A DNA stretch of 64,000 nucleotides from Anaerolineae bacterium (GCA_022824565.1 JAJDZQ010000120.1:74445-138444); one strand, 5' to 3'; shown: positions 54,198-64,000, numbered from the stretch's first letter. The notes: generated by a model not told the origin, from the sequence alone. Made by a program: numbers and translations.

Positions 54198-55526
54198 ATG
54201 AGCCAGTTTATCAAGCCGCGCGCGCCCAAAGGCTTTCGGGATTTTCTGCCGCGGGCGATGTTGCGGCGGCGTTATGTCATCGGCTGCATCACCGAGATTT
54301 TTGAGCGCTTCGGGTTTGAGCCGCTGGATACGCCCATCCTGGAGCTGCGCGAGACACTCTTTGGCAAATATGGCGAAGACGCCGAGCAGTTGATCTTTAG
54401 CGCGCAGCATGGACGCAGCGCCAGCGAACCGCTAGCCATGCGCTACGACTTGACTGTGCCCCTGGCGCGCGTGGTGGCGCAGCACGAAAGCCAGCTACAC
54501 CTGCCCTTCAAGCGCTATCACATCGCGCCGGTCTTTCGTGGCGAACGCCCGCAACGGGGCCGCTATCGGGAATTTTATCAGTGCGATGCCGATATCGTGG
54601 GCGTGGCCAGCGTGATGGCCGATGCGGAAATTGTCATCATGATGCAGCAGATATTGAGTCGGCTGGGCTTTCCACAATTTGTCATCAAGATCAACCACCG
54701 GCGCTTGTTGACGGCCATTGGCGCTTTCTCGGGTTTGCCCGCCGACCAGTTGCCCGATTTGTATCGCAGCGTCGATAAATACGACAAACTGGGCGCAGCT
54801 GGTGTTCGCGCCGAGCTGGCTGCGCGGGGCATCGCTGAAGACGCAATCAGCCGCATGATGGACCTGCTGCAAGCGCATGCGCCGGGCACCGCCAGCCTCG
54901 ACCAGGTCGAGCATGCGTTGGGCAAAGGCGAAAATGGGCTGGACGAACTGCGCGAACTGGCCGACTTGCTGGCAGCGGCCGGTGTGCCCGCCGAGCATTA
55001 CGACTTCGACTTCACCATGGTGCGCGGATTGGGTTATTACACCGGACCGATCTTCGAAACAGTCATCTCGCAACCCAACCTGGGCAGCATCACCGGCGGC
55101 GGACGGTATGACAACCTGATCGGCATGTTTCGCCGCCAGAGCTTGCCCACCACTGGCACATCCTTTGGCATTGAGCGCATCATCGACCTGCTGGACGCGC
55201 TGGATTTGTATCCTGCCGAGCTGGGCGGGACCTTGGTGCAGGCGCTGGTCACTGTGTTCGGCGCAGACACCCGCCACGCATCGCTGCGAATCGCCGAGGC
55301 GCTGCGGGCAGCGGGCATCAATGCCGAGCTGCACCTGGAATCGCGCAAGCTGGGGCGGCAGATCGCCTATGCCGACCGCAAGGGCATCCCCCTGGTGGCG
55401 ATCGCCGGCTCGGACGAAATCGGCCAGGGTGTTGTGAAATTGCGGCGGCTGGCTGATCGACGCGAGCAAGTCGTCAAGCTGGAAGATATCGGCGAGGCGG
55501 CGCAGGCGCTGCTGATGGGCAGTTGA
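54198..55526 (+). CDS. hisS: histidine--tRNA ligase
   Basis: PKGFRDFLP, RYDLTVPLAR and FRGERPQRGRYREFYQCD motifs, plus a C-terminal anticodon-binding domain. Confidence 0.92.
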   Translation: MSQFIKPRAPKGFRDFLPRAMLRRRYVIGCITEIFERFGFEPLDTPILELRETLFGKYGEDAEQLIFSAQHGRSASEPLAMRYDLTVPLARVVAQHESQLHLPFKRYHIAPVFRGERPQRGRYREFYQCDADIVGVASVMADAEIVIMMQQILSRLGFPQFVIKINHRRLLTAIGAFSGLPADQLPDLYRSVDKYDKLGAAGVRAELAARGIAEDAISRMMDLLQAHAPGTASLDQVEHALGKGENGLDELRELADLLAAAGVPAEHYDFDFTMVRGLGYYTGPIFETVISQPNLGSITGGGRYDNLIGMFRRQSLPTTGTSFGIERIIDLLDALDLYPAELGGTLVQALVTVFGADTRHASLRIAEALRAAGINAELHLESRKLGRQIAYADRKGIPLVAIAGSDEIGQGVVKLRRLADRREQVVKLEDIGEAAQALLMGS

Positions 55527-55527
55527 T

Positions 55528-57066
55528 ATGCGCTGGCCGGGGCGCGCCAGCGGCATCTTGCTGCACCCGACATCGCTGCCGGGCAGATACGGCATAGGAG
55601 ATCTGGGCTCTGGCGCCTATCGCTTTGTGGATTGGCTGGCGGCACAGGGACAGACGATCTGGCAAGTGCTGCCGCTGGGACCAACCAGCTATGGCGATTC
55701 GCCCTATCAGACACTTTCCGCTTTCGCCGGCAACTGCAACCTGATCAGCCTGGATCGTCTGGTCGCCGATGGACTGCTCGCCGCGCGCGACCTGGCTGAT
55801 GCCCCGCCCTTCCCCGTCAAACGCGTCGATTATGGCTGGGTCATCCCTTTTCATGATCGGTTGCTGGCGAAGGCGCATCGCCAGTTCTGCGACCGTCCAG
55901 ACACGTTGTTGCAGGCGGCATTTGAGCAATTCGTGGCGCACAATCGGCATTGGCTGGAAGACTTCGCGCTATTTGTCGCCTTGAAGCAAGCCCATCAACT
56001 GCGCCCCTGGGTCGAATGGGAGGCGGAGCTGCGGCGGCGCGATCCAACTGCGTTGCAAAGGGCGGCGGACGAATATGCGCAGCAAATTGACCGTGAGCGC
56101 TTCCGCCAGTGGCTCTTCCATCGGCAGTGGTCGGCGCTAAAAGCCTATGCCAACGGGCGCGGCATCCAACTCTTTGGCGACTTGCCCATTTTTGTAGCGC
56201 ATGACAGCGCCGATGTCTGGGCGCGCCAAGACGACTATTTTCTGGGCGCGGATGGTCAGCCCATAGCGGTGGCTGGCGTGCCGCCCGACTACTTCAGTCC
56301 GACCGGTCAGCGCTGGGGCAACCCGCTCTATCGCTGGGAGGTCATGGCTGCCGATGGCTATAGCTGGTGGCTGCAGCGGCTGCGGTATTTGCTGCGGCTG
56401 GTCGACACCATTCGCATCGACCACTTTCGTGGCTTCGAAGCCTATTGGCGCATCCCGGCGACAGAGCCAACTGCGGAGAAGGGCGCCTGGCGGCCTGGAC
56501 CGGGGCACAGATTCTTCGAGGCGATCTTGTCAGAACTGGGCGAGCTGCCCATCATCGCCGAGGACCTGGGAGTCATCACGCCGGGGGTCGAGAAGTTGCG
56601 CGACGACTTTGGCTTGCCGGGCATGAAGGTGCTGCAATTTGCCTGGAGCGACCCCGCCAACCCCTTTTTGCCGCACAACCACAAGACCAATTGCATCGTG
56701 TATACTGGCACGCACGACAACAACACCACGCTCGGCTGGTGGGAAAATGAAGTCGCCACCGATACACGCGCTTTTGTCGAGGCGTACCTGGGGCATACGG
56801 TGCAGGACATCGTTTGGACCTTGGCAGCTACAGGCATGCGCTCGCCGGCGCGCGCCTGCATCTTGCCCATGCAAGATGTGCTGGGCTTGGGCGAGTTGGC
56901 GCGCATGAACACACCGGGCCTGCCAGACGGCAATTGGTCGTGGCGTATCGTGGAAGCCGACCTGGACGACCCGGGCAAAGACAAGCTGCGCCAGCTGACG
57001 CGCCTGTATCAGCGACATCCCGACCAGCAGGCGACGATCTATGGCGACGCGGCTACAGGCTGCTGA
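55528..57066 (+). CDS. malQ: 4-alpha-glucanotransferase (amylomaltase, GH77)
   Basis: SGILLHPTSLPGRYGIGDLG N-terminus and the IRIDHFRGF segment. Confidence 0.92.
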   Translation: MRWPGRASGILLHPTSLPGRYGIGDLGSGAYRFVDWLAAQGQTIWQVLPLGPTSYGDSPYQTLSAFAGNCNLISLDRLVADGLLAARDLADAPPFPVKRVDYGWVIPFHDRLLAKAHRQFCDRPDTLLQAAFEQFVAHNRHWLEDFALFVALKQAHQLRPWVEWEAELRRRDPTALQRAADEYAQQIDRERFRQWLFHRQWSALKAYANGRGIQLFGDLPIFVAHDSADVWARQDDYFLGADGQPIAVAGVPPDYFSPTGQRWGNPLYRWEVMAADGYSWWLQRLRYLLRLVDTIRIDHFRGFEAYWRIPATEPTAEKGAWRPGPGHRFFEAILSELGELPIIAEDLGVITPGVEKLRDDFGLPGMKVLQFAWSDPANPFLPHNHKTNCIVYTGTHDNNTTLGWWENEVATDTRAFVEAYLGHTVQDIVWTLAATGMRSPARACILPMQDVLGLGELARMNTPGLPDGNWSWRIVEADLDDPGKDKLRQLTRLYQRHPDQQATIYGDAATGC

Positions 57067-57076
57067 ACGCGGGAGG

Positions 57077-58954
57077 ATGTCTATGACACAATTGCCAGCC
57101 TGGGCGCAAACGATCCACCACGATAGCTCGCAGCTCTACCTCAGCGATATCACACCGCGCATCGGCGCTATCATCGAGGTGCGCATCCGCGTGCCAGCCG
57201 AAGCCGATATTCGCCATTTGCTCTTGCGCAGCCGCCCCGATGGCGAGTGGCGACGCATCCCCATGGCAAAAGCCAGCGCCGCCAACGGATTCGACTGGTG
57301 GACGGCTGACCTGCCCATCACCATGCACCACAACAACTATTGCTTTCACTTCTTGACCGAAACCGGTTCTTTTTATCTGAATCAATTGGGTCTCAGCCCG
57401 GTTGACAGTCCCGACTGGTTCAACTTCACCGTGCTGGGCGATTATGACGCGCCGGCCTGGGTGCGCGAGCAGGTGTTTTATCACATTTTCCCAGAGCGGT
57501 TTGCCAATGGCGACCCCGCCAACGACCGCCCAGATGGCGATGCCACGTTGATGGGCAAACCGGCCAGCCAGCGCGAATGGGGTGAACTGCCCGAACCCTT
57601 CCTGGTCTCGCGCAATGTCGACTTTTTTGGCGGCGACCTGCCAGGCATCACGCAGAATCTGGATTACCTGGTCGAGCTGGGCGTCACCGCCATTTACATC
57701 AACCCCTGCTTTGACGCCGAAACGAATCATTATTATGTCATCCGCGACTTTGACCATATCGCGCCGGCTTTGGGCGGGGACGAGGCTTTGCGAGAGCTGC
57801 GGCAGGCGATGACAGCGCGCGGCATGCGGCTCATCCTCGATATCACGCCCAACCACATCGGCTTCAACCATCCCTGGTATGTGGCCGCCAAAGCCGACCC
57901 AGACAGCGAAGAAGCGGGCTACTTCTATCGCCATCCAGACACGGGAGAAATCGAACACTGGCTGGGCGTGCCGGCCATCGTCAAGCTGAATTACACCAGC
58001 CAGGCACTGCGCGACAAGATGTATCGCGCACCAGAAAGCCCCATCCGCAAGTGGCTGCGCCCGCCGTATAGCCTGGATGGCTGGCGACTGGATGTTGCCA
58101 ATATGACCGGCAACTATTGGCGGACACAGGGCGCGCGCGATGTCTGGCTGGAGATGCGCGCCGCCATCAAAGCAGAAAATCCGCAAGCCTACATGATGGG
58201 CGAATACTTCCAGGACAGCAGCGCCCACTTGCAAGGCGATGAACTGGATGCCTCGATGAATTATCAAGGGTTCAACACGCCGACACGCCGCTGGCTGGGC
58301 TTGGGCGATCTGGGCGCGGCGCAGCAATATCCCTATGCCGACCGCAACAAATTCCCCAGCGAGTCCTTGGGATTGCAGTGGCAGCAATACATGGCGGCCA
58401 TCCCCTATGTAATCGCGTTGCAGCAATTCAACCAGCTCGGCAGCCACGATATCAGCCGACCGCTGCGGGTATGTGGGGGCGACAAGGCTTTGGTCGAAGC
58501 GGGCACGGCGCTGCTGCTGGGCTTTCCTGGCGCGCCTTGCATCTATTACGCAGACGAGATCGGCATGGATGGGGGGCAGGACCCAGACAACCGTCGCTGC
58601 ATGCCCTGGGACGAAAGCGCCTGGGACATCAATCTGCGCGACTTTCATCAGCGCGCCATCGCGATTCGCCGCAACTCTGACGCCTTGCAGCAGGGTGGCT
58701 TCCAACTGTTGCACGCTGCGGGCGACTTGGTGGCTTTTCAGCGACGTTCTCGCCAAGAGCAGATGATCGTGGCGGCCTGGCGCGGCGAAGCAGACAAGCC
58801 CGTGCCCGCGCTGGATATGCGCAAAGCCGATGTACCCGACGGCAGTACGCTCACCGACCTGCTGACTGGCGACCTGTTCCCCGTTAGCGATGGCGCGCTG
58901 CAGCTGGGTGGCTTGGCGCATGGACGGGCGCTCTTCTTGCGCGTGGAGACTTGA
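57077..58954 (+). CDS. GH13 alpha-amylase family enzyme (maltodextrin glucosidase/neopullulanase-like)
   Basis: GGDLPGITQNLDYL, LDITPNHIG, GWRLDVANM, MMGEYF and LGSHD conserved regions. Start at ATG 57077 or 57083. Confidence 0.88.
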   Translation: MSMTQLPAWAQTIHHDSSQLYLSDITPRIGAIIEVRIRVPAEADIRHLLLRSRPDGEWRRIPMAKASAANGFDWWTADLPITMHHNNYCFHFLTETGSFYLNQLGLSPVDSPDWFNFTVLGDYDAPAWVREQVFYHIFPERFANGDPANDRPDGDATLMGKPASQREWGELPEPFLVSRNVDFFGGDLPGITQNLDYLVELGVTAIYINPCFDAETNHYYVIRDFDHIAPALGGDEALRELRQAMTARGMRLILDITPNHIGFNHPWYVAAKADPDSEEAGYFYRHPDTGEIEHWLGVPAIVKLNYTSQALRDKMYRAPESPIRKWLRPPYSLDGWRLDVANMTGNYWRTQGARDVWLEMRAAIKAENPQAYMMGEYFQDSSAHLQGDELDASMNYQGFNTPTRRWLGLGDLGAAQQYPYADRNKFPSESLGLQWQQYMAAIPYVIALQQFNQLGSHDISRPLRVCGGDKALVEAGTALLLGFPGAPCIYYADEIGMDGGQDPDNRRCMPWDESAWDINLRDFHQRAIAIRRNSDALQQGGFQLLHAAGDLVAFQRRSRQEQMIVAAWRGEADKPVPALDMRKADVPDGSTLTDLLTGDLFPVSDGALQLGGLAHGRALFLRVET

Positions 58955-58956
58955 GC

Positions 58957-59478
58957 ATGGATCAACGCAGTGTTTTCTTTGACGAATGGCTGAGCAGCTT
59001 GCGCGCGCAATACCAGCATGTCGTGCGCGTTGACGACAAAGTTACCCTGCCCTCGCTCACGGCTGTATTGCAGCAGGTGGGATTTGGCGAGGACGAACTG
59101 CGGCAACTGCGCCTGGAAGCGACGCTGCATGTGGACGATGTCGCTGGCGACTTTGTGCCCGACCTGGCGATCTTGGCAGAAGACAAACCAACAACCGCAG
59201 CGCATCCGGCCGAATGCCTGTGCCCCGATTGCGCGCCGCTAGACGAGAGCCAGTTTGACGCCGCTGGGCAACCCTTGCCGCCCGATCCAGATGCCGCAGC
59301 GCATGACCCCGGGCAGGTCTTCCCGGTGGCGGCAATCGAAACCGACGAAGCCGAGCCCGAAACCTATGCCGACAGCCTGGCCTGGCAGGCGTCCTCGGAA
59401 AATGAACCGATGCCAAACGACGAAGGCGATGATCCGCCCGAAGACCCGGATGCGCCGCAGCAAAGCAGCTTGTTCTGA
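58957..59478 (+). CDS. hypothetical acidic protein
   Basis: 173 aa with a structured N-terminal half and a D/E/P-rich low-complexity tail. Packed between the GH13 gene and tadA with overlapping stop/start signals. Confidence 0.5.
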   Translation: MDQRSVFFDEWLSSLRAQYQHVVRVDDKVTLPSLTAVLQQVGFGEDELRQLRLEATLHVDDVAGDFVPDLAILAEDKPTTAAHPAECLCPDCAPLDESQFDAAGQPLPPDPDAAAHDPGQVFPVAAIETDEAEPETYADSLAWQASSENEPMPNDEGDDPPEDPDAPQQSSLF

Positions 59479-59954
59479 TGATGTCGGGCGCGCCTGACGA
59501 CAAAGCCTGGATGCGCCTGGCGCTGCAAGTGGCTGAACGCGCGCTGGAGACGGCTGATGTGCCGGTCGGAGCGATCGCGGTAGCCAACGGCAAAATCATC
59601 GGACGGGGCTGGAATCGGCGCGAAGCTGACCATGACCCAACCGCCCACGCCGAAATGATCGCCCTGCGCGAGGCGGCGCAGACAATCGGCAGTTGGCGGC
59701 TGGACGATGTCACGCTGTATTGCACCTTGGAGCCCTGCGCGATGTGTGCCGGAGCGCTGGTGCTGGCGCGGCTGCCACGACTGGTCTATGCGGCTGCCGA
59801 TCCGAAAACGGGCGCGGCTGGCAGCATCATGGATATCGCCCGACACCCCTTGCTCAATCATCAGGTGCGAGTGCAAGGCGGCGTACTGGCTGCTGAATCG
59901 GCAGCGCTACTTCGGGGGTTCTTTCGCAAGTTGCGCGCTGATGGGCAAAAGTGA
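59478..59954 (+). CDS. tadA: tRNA-specific adenosine deaminase
   Basis: HAEMIALREA and PCAMCAGAL zinc-site motifs. Confidence 0.92.
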   Translation: MMSGAPDDKAWMRLALQVAERALETADVPVGAIAVANGKIIGRGWNRREADHDPTAHAEMIALREAAQTIGSWRLDDVTLYCTLEPCAMCAGALVLARLPRLVYAAADPKTGAAGSIMDIARHPLLNHQVRVQGGVLAAESAALLRGFFRKLRADGQK

Positions 59955-59991
59955 CGCGACCTCGCAATCGCCTGCCCAAAATCGTTACTTT

Positions 59992-60147
59992 GCCACAGAG
60001 GCACAGAGGCACAGAGTTTGCATTGAAAAGCAGAACAATTCGGAATCCTTGGTCGTTGTTGAATTGAAGAGGAACTGTCAGTCAATCAAAGTAAATCAAA
60101 TCGCCCTTCTCTGTGTTCTCTGCGCCCTCTTTGATCTCTGTGCAGAG
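59992..60147. mobile_element. MITE-like element with CACAGAG-rich ends (copy 2, right end degenerate)
   Basis: Left end gccacagaggcacagaggcacagag. The core gcagaacaattcggaatcctt...ctgtcag...caaagtaaat is collinear with copy 1. Right end cttctctgtgttctctgcgccctctttgatctctgtgcagag. Confidence 0.55.
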
Positions 60148-60263
60148 TTTTGTACCCTTCGGCGCTGTCCTAGCGAGATTATGATTAGACGCGATTGCCC
60201 GGGCAGTCCAGCAAGGCAGCATTCCTTTTTTGCACGCGCTGGATTACGATAGGCTCTGCCACG

Positions 60264-60351
<88 letters not shown>

Positions 60352-60362
60352 AGCAGTTGGAC

Positions 60363-60393
60363 AAGGGCGAGCGGACAACCGTTCGCCCTTTTA
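60363..60393. terminator. bidirectional stem-loop terminator between tRNA-Ser and the convergent gene
   Basis: GGGCGAGCGG-acaa-CCGTTCGCCC stem followed by TTTTAT, with AA on the 5' side. Confidence 0.7.
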
Positions 60394-60408
60394 TGATTCT
60401 GCCGGTCC

Positions 60409-61365
60409 TTAGCGATTGCCCATCGCCAGCATCATCGCCAGCGGGAAGGCGGGCACATCTTCGGGCAGCTCGACCTCAACGGGCACATTGAACGCCGACA
60501 GGTCAATGCTCAGGCTCATCGTGGCATCCAGATCGCCGCTCGCGCCTTCAATGGTAAGCCCTTTCACCCTGAAATTGCCAGACATCTCTTGGCGATAGGT
60601 ATAGCCATCGTCCAGCCCGACATAGTGCCGGCTGGTCATTTCACCAGAGCTGATCATCGTGCCGGCCATCCCCAGCGGAGCCATGAACTCGTCAATGGAT
60701 TCTGCGCCACCAGCCATGAGCGCGTCCAAATCGGCAAGCGACTCGAAGACCGCCACCGGCACGCCATTCACAACGGAGTCGTCCAAACGCGTGATCGTGC
60801 CCATGGTTTCTGCTGGTTCGGGGCTATCCTGCAAAGCCTCTTCGCTGATGCCCGTTTGCTCGAGCACTGCATCAATTGCGCCAGTCAAGTCCAGGCCAAA
60901 CCAGTCCATGTCGTCCATCGGCGCGCCCATCAGCTCGTCCATTATGCTGCCGCTGAACAAGAAGATGCTGTCGCGCATCAGCATATCCAGTTCGATGGTT
61001 TCTGTTTTGCCCTCTTCTACCAGGCTCAAGACGAAGCTCATCTGCCCGGCCAAGCTGCCGATTATGGCTTCTGCCTGCTCGGCCATGTCATCTATACCGT
61101 CTGCGGCAGCCGCATCCATGGCCAGGTCGCCGCTGCCAGACAGTTCGAGCTTCAGGATGTCCTGGCTGGCGACACCCTGCACTTCCATACCCATCTCCGC
61201 TTCAAAGTGAAACGCGCTCAATTCGTGCATGCGCGCGTGGTTGTCGCTGAGGACCTGGCAATCCGCTTCAGAAAGGTCGCCACAATTGACATCTTCCGCC
61301 GCGACCGTCAGCACGCCAATCAACAGCAGCGCCAGGATTATCGACATTTGCTTGACCATAATCAT
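60409..61365 (-). CDS. hypothetical secreted acidic protein
   Basis: Signal-like MSIILALLLIGVLTVAAE, then a D/E/M-rich sequence with no recognised domain. Start at 61365 or 61359. Confidence 0.55.
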   Translation of the reverse strand: MIMVKQMSIILALLLIGVLTVAAEDVNCGDLSEADCQVLSDNHARMHELSAFHFEAEMGMEVQGVASQDILKLELSGSGDLAMDAAAADGIDDMAEQAEAIIGSLAGQMSFVLSLVEEGKTETIELDMLMRDSIFLFSGSIMDELMGAPMDDMDWFGLDLTGAIDAVLEQTGISEEALQDSPEPAETMGTITRLDDSVVNGVPVAVFESLADLDALMAGGAESIDEFMAPLGMAGTMISSGEMTSRHYVGLDDGYTYRQEMSGNFRVKGLTIEGASGDLDATMSLSIDLSAFNVPVEVELPEDVPAFPLAMMLAMGNR

Positions 61366-61492
61366 GCTCCTCGTATCGGATCGTATTGCCATAGTGTAGC
61401 GCAAATTCATCGTCCTCAATGTCCCCAAATATGAGGGGTGGCGCTGCCTCTGCTATACTGAGAGCTGGCCGAATTGGAGCGAATGAGGTGGC

Positions 61493-62083
61493 ATGAAGAT
61501 CATATCGGTATTTGGCAGCTCGCAAGTGCGACCAGGCGACCCGGTGTATGCGGATGCCGAGACGATCGGCCGCGGTTTGGCGCAGGCGGGCTATGCTGTA
61601 ATGAGTGGCGGCTACCACGGCGTGATGGCAGCAGTCAGCAAAGGCGCGCGCGAAGCTGGCGGAACTGTCATCGGCGTGACGACCGACCAGATCGGCTCGC
61701 GCTTTGCTGTCCAGCCCAACGTCTGGTTAAGCGAAACGCACCATTATGACCTGCTGCGCGACCGTCTTCTGCACATGGTGGAGCGCGCCGATGGCTATTT
61801 GGCGATGCCGGGCGGCGTCGGTACCTTGCACGAAATTGCTGAAACCTGGGAGCTGCTGCGCATCGGCGGTCTGCCACGGCGTCCCTTCGTCGTGTATGGC
61901 GAAATGTGGAAGCTGCTGGTCAAGGAGCTGCTGGCAACGCGCTTTATTGCCGGCGGTCTCGAGGAACGGTATGTCGCGTGGGCGCTGCAGCCGTCCGAAG
62001 CCCTAGACCTGCTGGACAATTGGTGGCAGCGCATGCAACTGGATGCGCCAACGAGCAAGTCCGCTCGAATTCGAAATCTGTAG
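61493..62083 (+). CDS. LOG family (TIGR00730) Rossmann-fold nucleotide-binding protein
   Basis: SGGYHGVMAAVSKGA and PGGVGTLHE motifs. GAGGTGG SD. Confidence 0.8.
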   Translation: MKIISVFGSSQVRPGDPVYADAETIGRGLAQAGYAVMSGGYHGVMAAVSKGAREAGGTVIGVTTDQIGSRFAVQPNVWLSETHHYDLLRDRLLHMVERADGYLAMPGGVGTLHEIAETWELLRIGGLPRRPFVVYGEMWKLLVKELLATRFIAGGLEERYVAWALQPSEALDLLDNWWQRMQLDAPTSKSARIRNL

Positions 62084-62138
62084 GAGCGATTCCAGGGTGT
62101 GGTGTACAATGAGTAGCAGGGTCACAGGGGGCTCGCCC

Positions 62139-63380
62139 ATGCCACAGCGACTGACGTTGGTTGTCATCATCATGCTCGTGTTTCCGTTTGCGCTGGTCTA
62201 TGCGCAAGATGCTGGCCTGGGCGAGGATGCGCCGCCGCCTTTGAAAGTCTGGCTGCCTGCGCCGTTGATCGCCGACGAATCGAGCGAAGCCTACCAATTG
62301 CTGAGCGGGCAAACCAACACATTTAGCGAGCGCGCTGGCGTTGACGTGCAATTTCGCATCAAGGAAGTTGGCACGCTGGGCGGCATCATGTCGACCATCC
62401 GCGCGGGCAGCGATGTGGCTCCAGGCGCCCTGCCCGATCTCGCGCTCATCCGTCGCCGCGACTTCACACCGACACAGGCGCGCCAATATTTTCAGTCTTT
62501 GGAATCTTTGTTTTCATCTTCGCTGATCAACGAGTTGGGCAGCGCGTTGACCTTTGGGCAGATCCCGCTGGATGACGGCGCGGCGCTTTATGGCCTGCCC
62601 TACTTCTTTGATTTGCTGTTGGCGATATACACGCCCGACGCCGGCGCCCTGGGCGATGCGCCCACTTTTGACGATGTGCTGGCCAGCGGCGTCTCTTTTC
62701 ACTTTCCGGCGGCGCGCACGAATGGCTTGAACCAGACCACCTACTTGCAATACTTGTCCGCCGGTGGCTCGCAACAGGGAGAAGTCGTCAGCGAAATCAA
62801 CGAGACGGCGCTGCGGATGGTGCTGGAGTTTTATGCAACGTTGGTCGAGGCAGAACAGCTTTCGCCCGATGTGTTGGGCATTCAGTCGGCAGCCGCCTAT
62901 CTGTCGGATATTCACAGTCGCGCCCCAGCGCCACAACTCGCGATTGCCCATGCCAGCGATTACCTCAGCCTGCTGGAACAAAATCCGGCGCTCGAGGTCG
63001 CCAGCATCCCGACGGTGGACGGGCTGGGCGCATCGGCGCTGGATGGCTGGCTTTGGGCGATCGTCACGCCCGATTTGAGCCGACAATCGCTGGCAGCGCG
63101 CTTCTTGGAATGGATGATGGAGCCGGTTTTCCACGCCATGCTGTCCTCGACCCTGCATCACTTGCCGACGCAGACAGCCGCCTTGACCGACAGCCTGCCC
63201 GCTGTGGTCGACCGACAATTCTTCGCCGATCTGCTGGCCAGCGCGACCTTGCCCCTGCCAGAAGGTGAGGGCGGCGCAGCATCGAGGCTGATGCAAGAGG
63301 CGCTGGCGCGGGTCTTGCATGGCGAAGCGACCGCCACAGCCGCTGTGCAAGAAGCCCTTGCGCAATTCGCCGCGCGCTAG
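62139..63380 (+). CDS. extracellular solute-binding protein (ABC family 1-like), tentative
   Basis: Signal-like LTLVVIIMLVFPFALVYAQ. Size and sequence character fit sugar-type SBPs. No permease or ATPase genes are adjacent in the window. Confidence 0.4.
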   Translation: MPQRLTLVVIIMLVFPFALVYAQDAGLGEDAPPPLKVWLPAPLIADESSEAYQLLSGQTNTFSERAGVDVQFRIKEVGTLGGIMSTIRAGSDVAPGALPDLALIRRRDFTPTQARQYFQSLESLFSSSLINELGSALTFGQIPLDDGAALYGLPYFFDLLLAIYTPDAGALGDAPTFDDVLASGVSFHFPAARTNGLNQTTYLQYLSAGGSQQGEVVSEINETALRMVLEFYATLVEAEQLSPDVLGIQSAAAYLSDIHSRAPAPQLAIAHASDYLSLLEQNPALEVASIPTVDGLGASALDGWLWAIVTPDLSRQSLAARFLEWMMEPVFHAMLSSTLHHLPTQTAALTDSLPAVVDRQFFADLLASATLPLPEGEGGAASRLMQEALARVLHGEATATAAVQEALAQFAAR

Positions 63381-64000
63381 GCGGGCAACGCTTTCTGATA
63401 GAAGCGGTGCGTCTTGTAGACCTGGCCGCCCAGGCTGAGGCTGATCTTGATGAGCGGATTCGTCTCTAGCACCCAGCCCGAATCCAGGTAGTCATATTGT
63501 GAAGGCAGCAGCGCTTTCATCATTTCGTGCAGCATCGCCAGCTCGACGCCTTTGTTGCGGCAGGCTTGCTTGACGCCCATCAACGGCATGCGCACGCCTT
63601 TGATCGACTTGCGCACCTTCCAGTGCCAGCCCACCTGCAGCATCGTCCAGGGCTCGGGCACGCCAGGTTTTGGATAGGCGAGGCGCAGCGCTTCGTTGAA
63701 GTTGGGGATGGTCAGCGCAAAGCCGACCGGCTCTCCGCCAATTTCGGCAAAGAAGGCCAGGTCGGACTCGACCAACATGCCCAGATCGGCGACCAGGGCT
63801 TCCAGCTCGGCGTCATTCATGGGGATGAAACCCCAGTTTTTCTCCCAAGCCGCGTTGTAAATTTCTCGGAAGCGCTGGAATTCGCCTTTTTTATCGCGCG
63901 CATTCAGCTTTCGCACGCTGATGCCGCTGCGTTGTGAGGCGCGCGCTACCAGGCGCTCCAGCCGTTCCAGCGAGCCGCTTTTGGCGATCGTCTCGCGGTC
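63377..64000 (-). CDS. GNAT-like acyl-CoA N-acyltransferase superfamily protein, 5'-truncated by the window edge
   Basis: The reading frame stays open from 63916 to position 64000 (DRETIAKSGSLERLERLVARASQRSGISVRKLNA...). The C-terminal part contains GFALTIPNF and MGVKQACRNKGVELAMLHE acetyltransferase-like segments. Confidence 0.45.
   Translation of the reverse strand, partial: DRETIAKSGSLERLERLVARASQRSGISVRKLNARDKKGEFQRFREIYNAAWEKNWGFIPMNDAELEALVADLGMLVESDLAFFAEIGGEPVGFALTIPNFNEALRLAYPKPGVPEPWTMLQVGWHWKVRKSIKGVRMPLMGVKQACRNKGVELAMLHEMMKALLPSQYDYLDSGWVLETNPLIKISLSLGGQVYKTHRFYQKALPA

Noticed and set aside
57053-58921. 622-aa minus-strand ORF antisense to the GH13 gene. Similar long shadow ORFs include 1593-2972(+), 9361-10737(+), 13487-14776(+), 26184-27416(-), 35708-36640(-), 36712-37800(-), 39978-40859(-), 44037-44843(-), 51403-53385(+) and 54495-55595(-).
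   Set aside because: They are typical high-GC antisense open frames with Arg/Ala/Gly-rich, motif-free translations. The opposite strand in each case encodes a protein with clear family motifs.

Overview
64-kb high-GC bacterial chromosomal window. Gene content (FadN-type fusion, NrdJ, dense G/C-tract hairpin repeats) suggests a Chloroflexota-like organism, but that is inference only. Most of it is housekeeping: a 1987-aa alpha-2-macroglobulin-like protein, a fadN/fadA-like beta-oxidation pair, a serB-like/HAD/serA operon, uvrC, a compact dcw cluster (rsmH-ftsL-ftsI-mraY-murD-ftsW-murG-murC-murB-ftsQ-ftsA-ftsZ, with no murE/murF/ddl/mraZ), nrdJ, infC-rpmI-rplT, lpdA, a five-gene Fe-S/GNAT/2xGT-C/methyltransferase operon, hisS, malQ plus a GH13 enzyme, tadA and tRNA-Ser(CGA). 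Unusual content: (1) an AT-richer Mrr-type restriction-endonuclease cassette sits in the 5' end of an SDR gene, bracketed by a perfect 57-bp direct duplication that regenerates the SDR start, and appears translationally coupled to a remnant leader ORF. (2) The dcw-cluster FtsI homolog has non-canonical catalytic motifs (SLMQ / SLH / KPG). (3) A small islet between serA and uvrC holds an orphan MNT nucleotidyltransferase and a DUF2335-type two-gene module with its own promoter. (4) A MITE-like element family has CACAGAG-rich termini. (5) There are several G/C-tract hairpin and tandem repeat families. (6) A near-consensus promoter precedes a 66-codon orphan ORF. (7) A leader with long-range pairing lies upstream of nrdJ. 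No CRISPR array, rRNA, transposase or integrase was seen.
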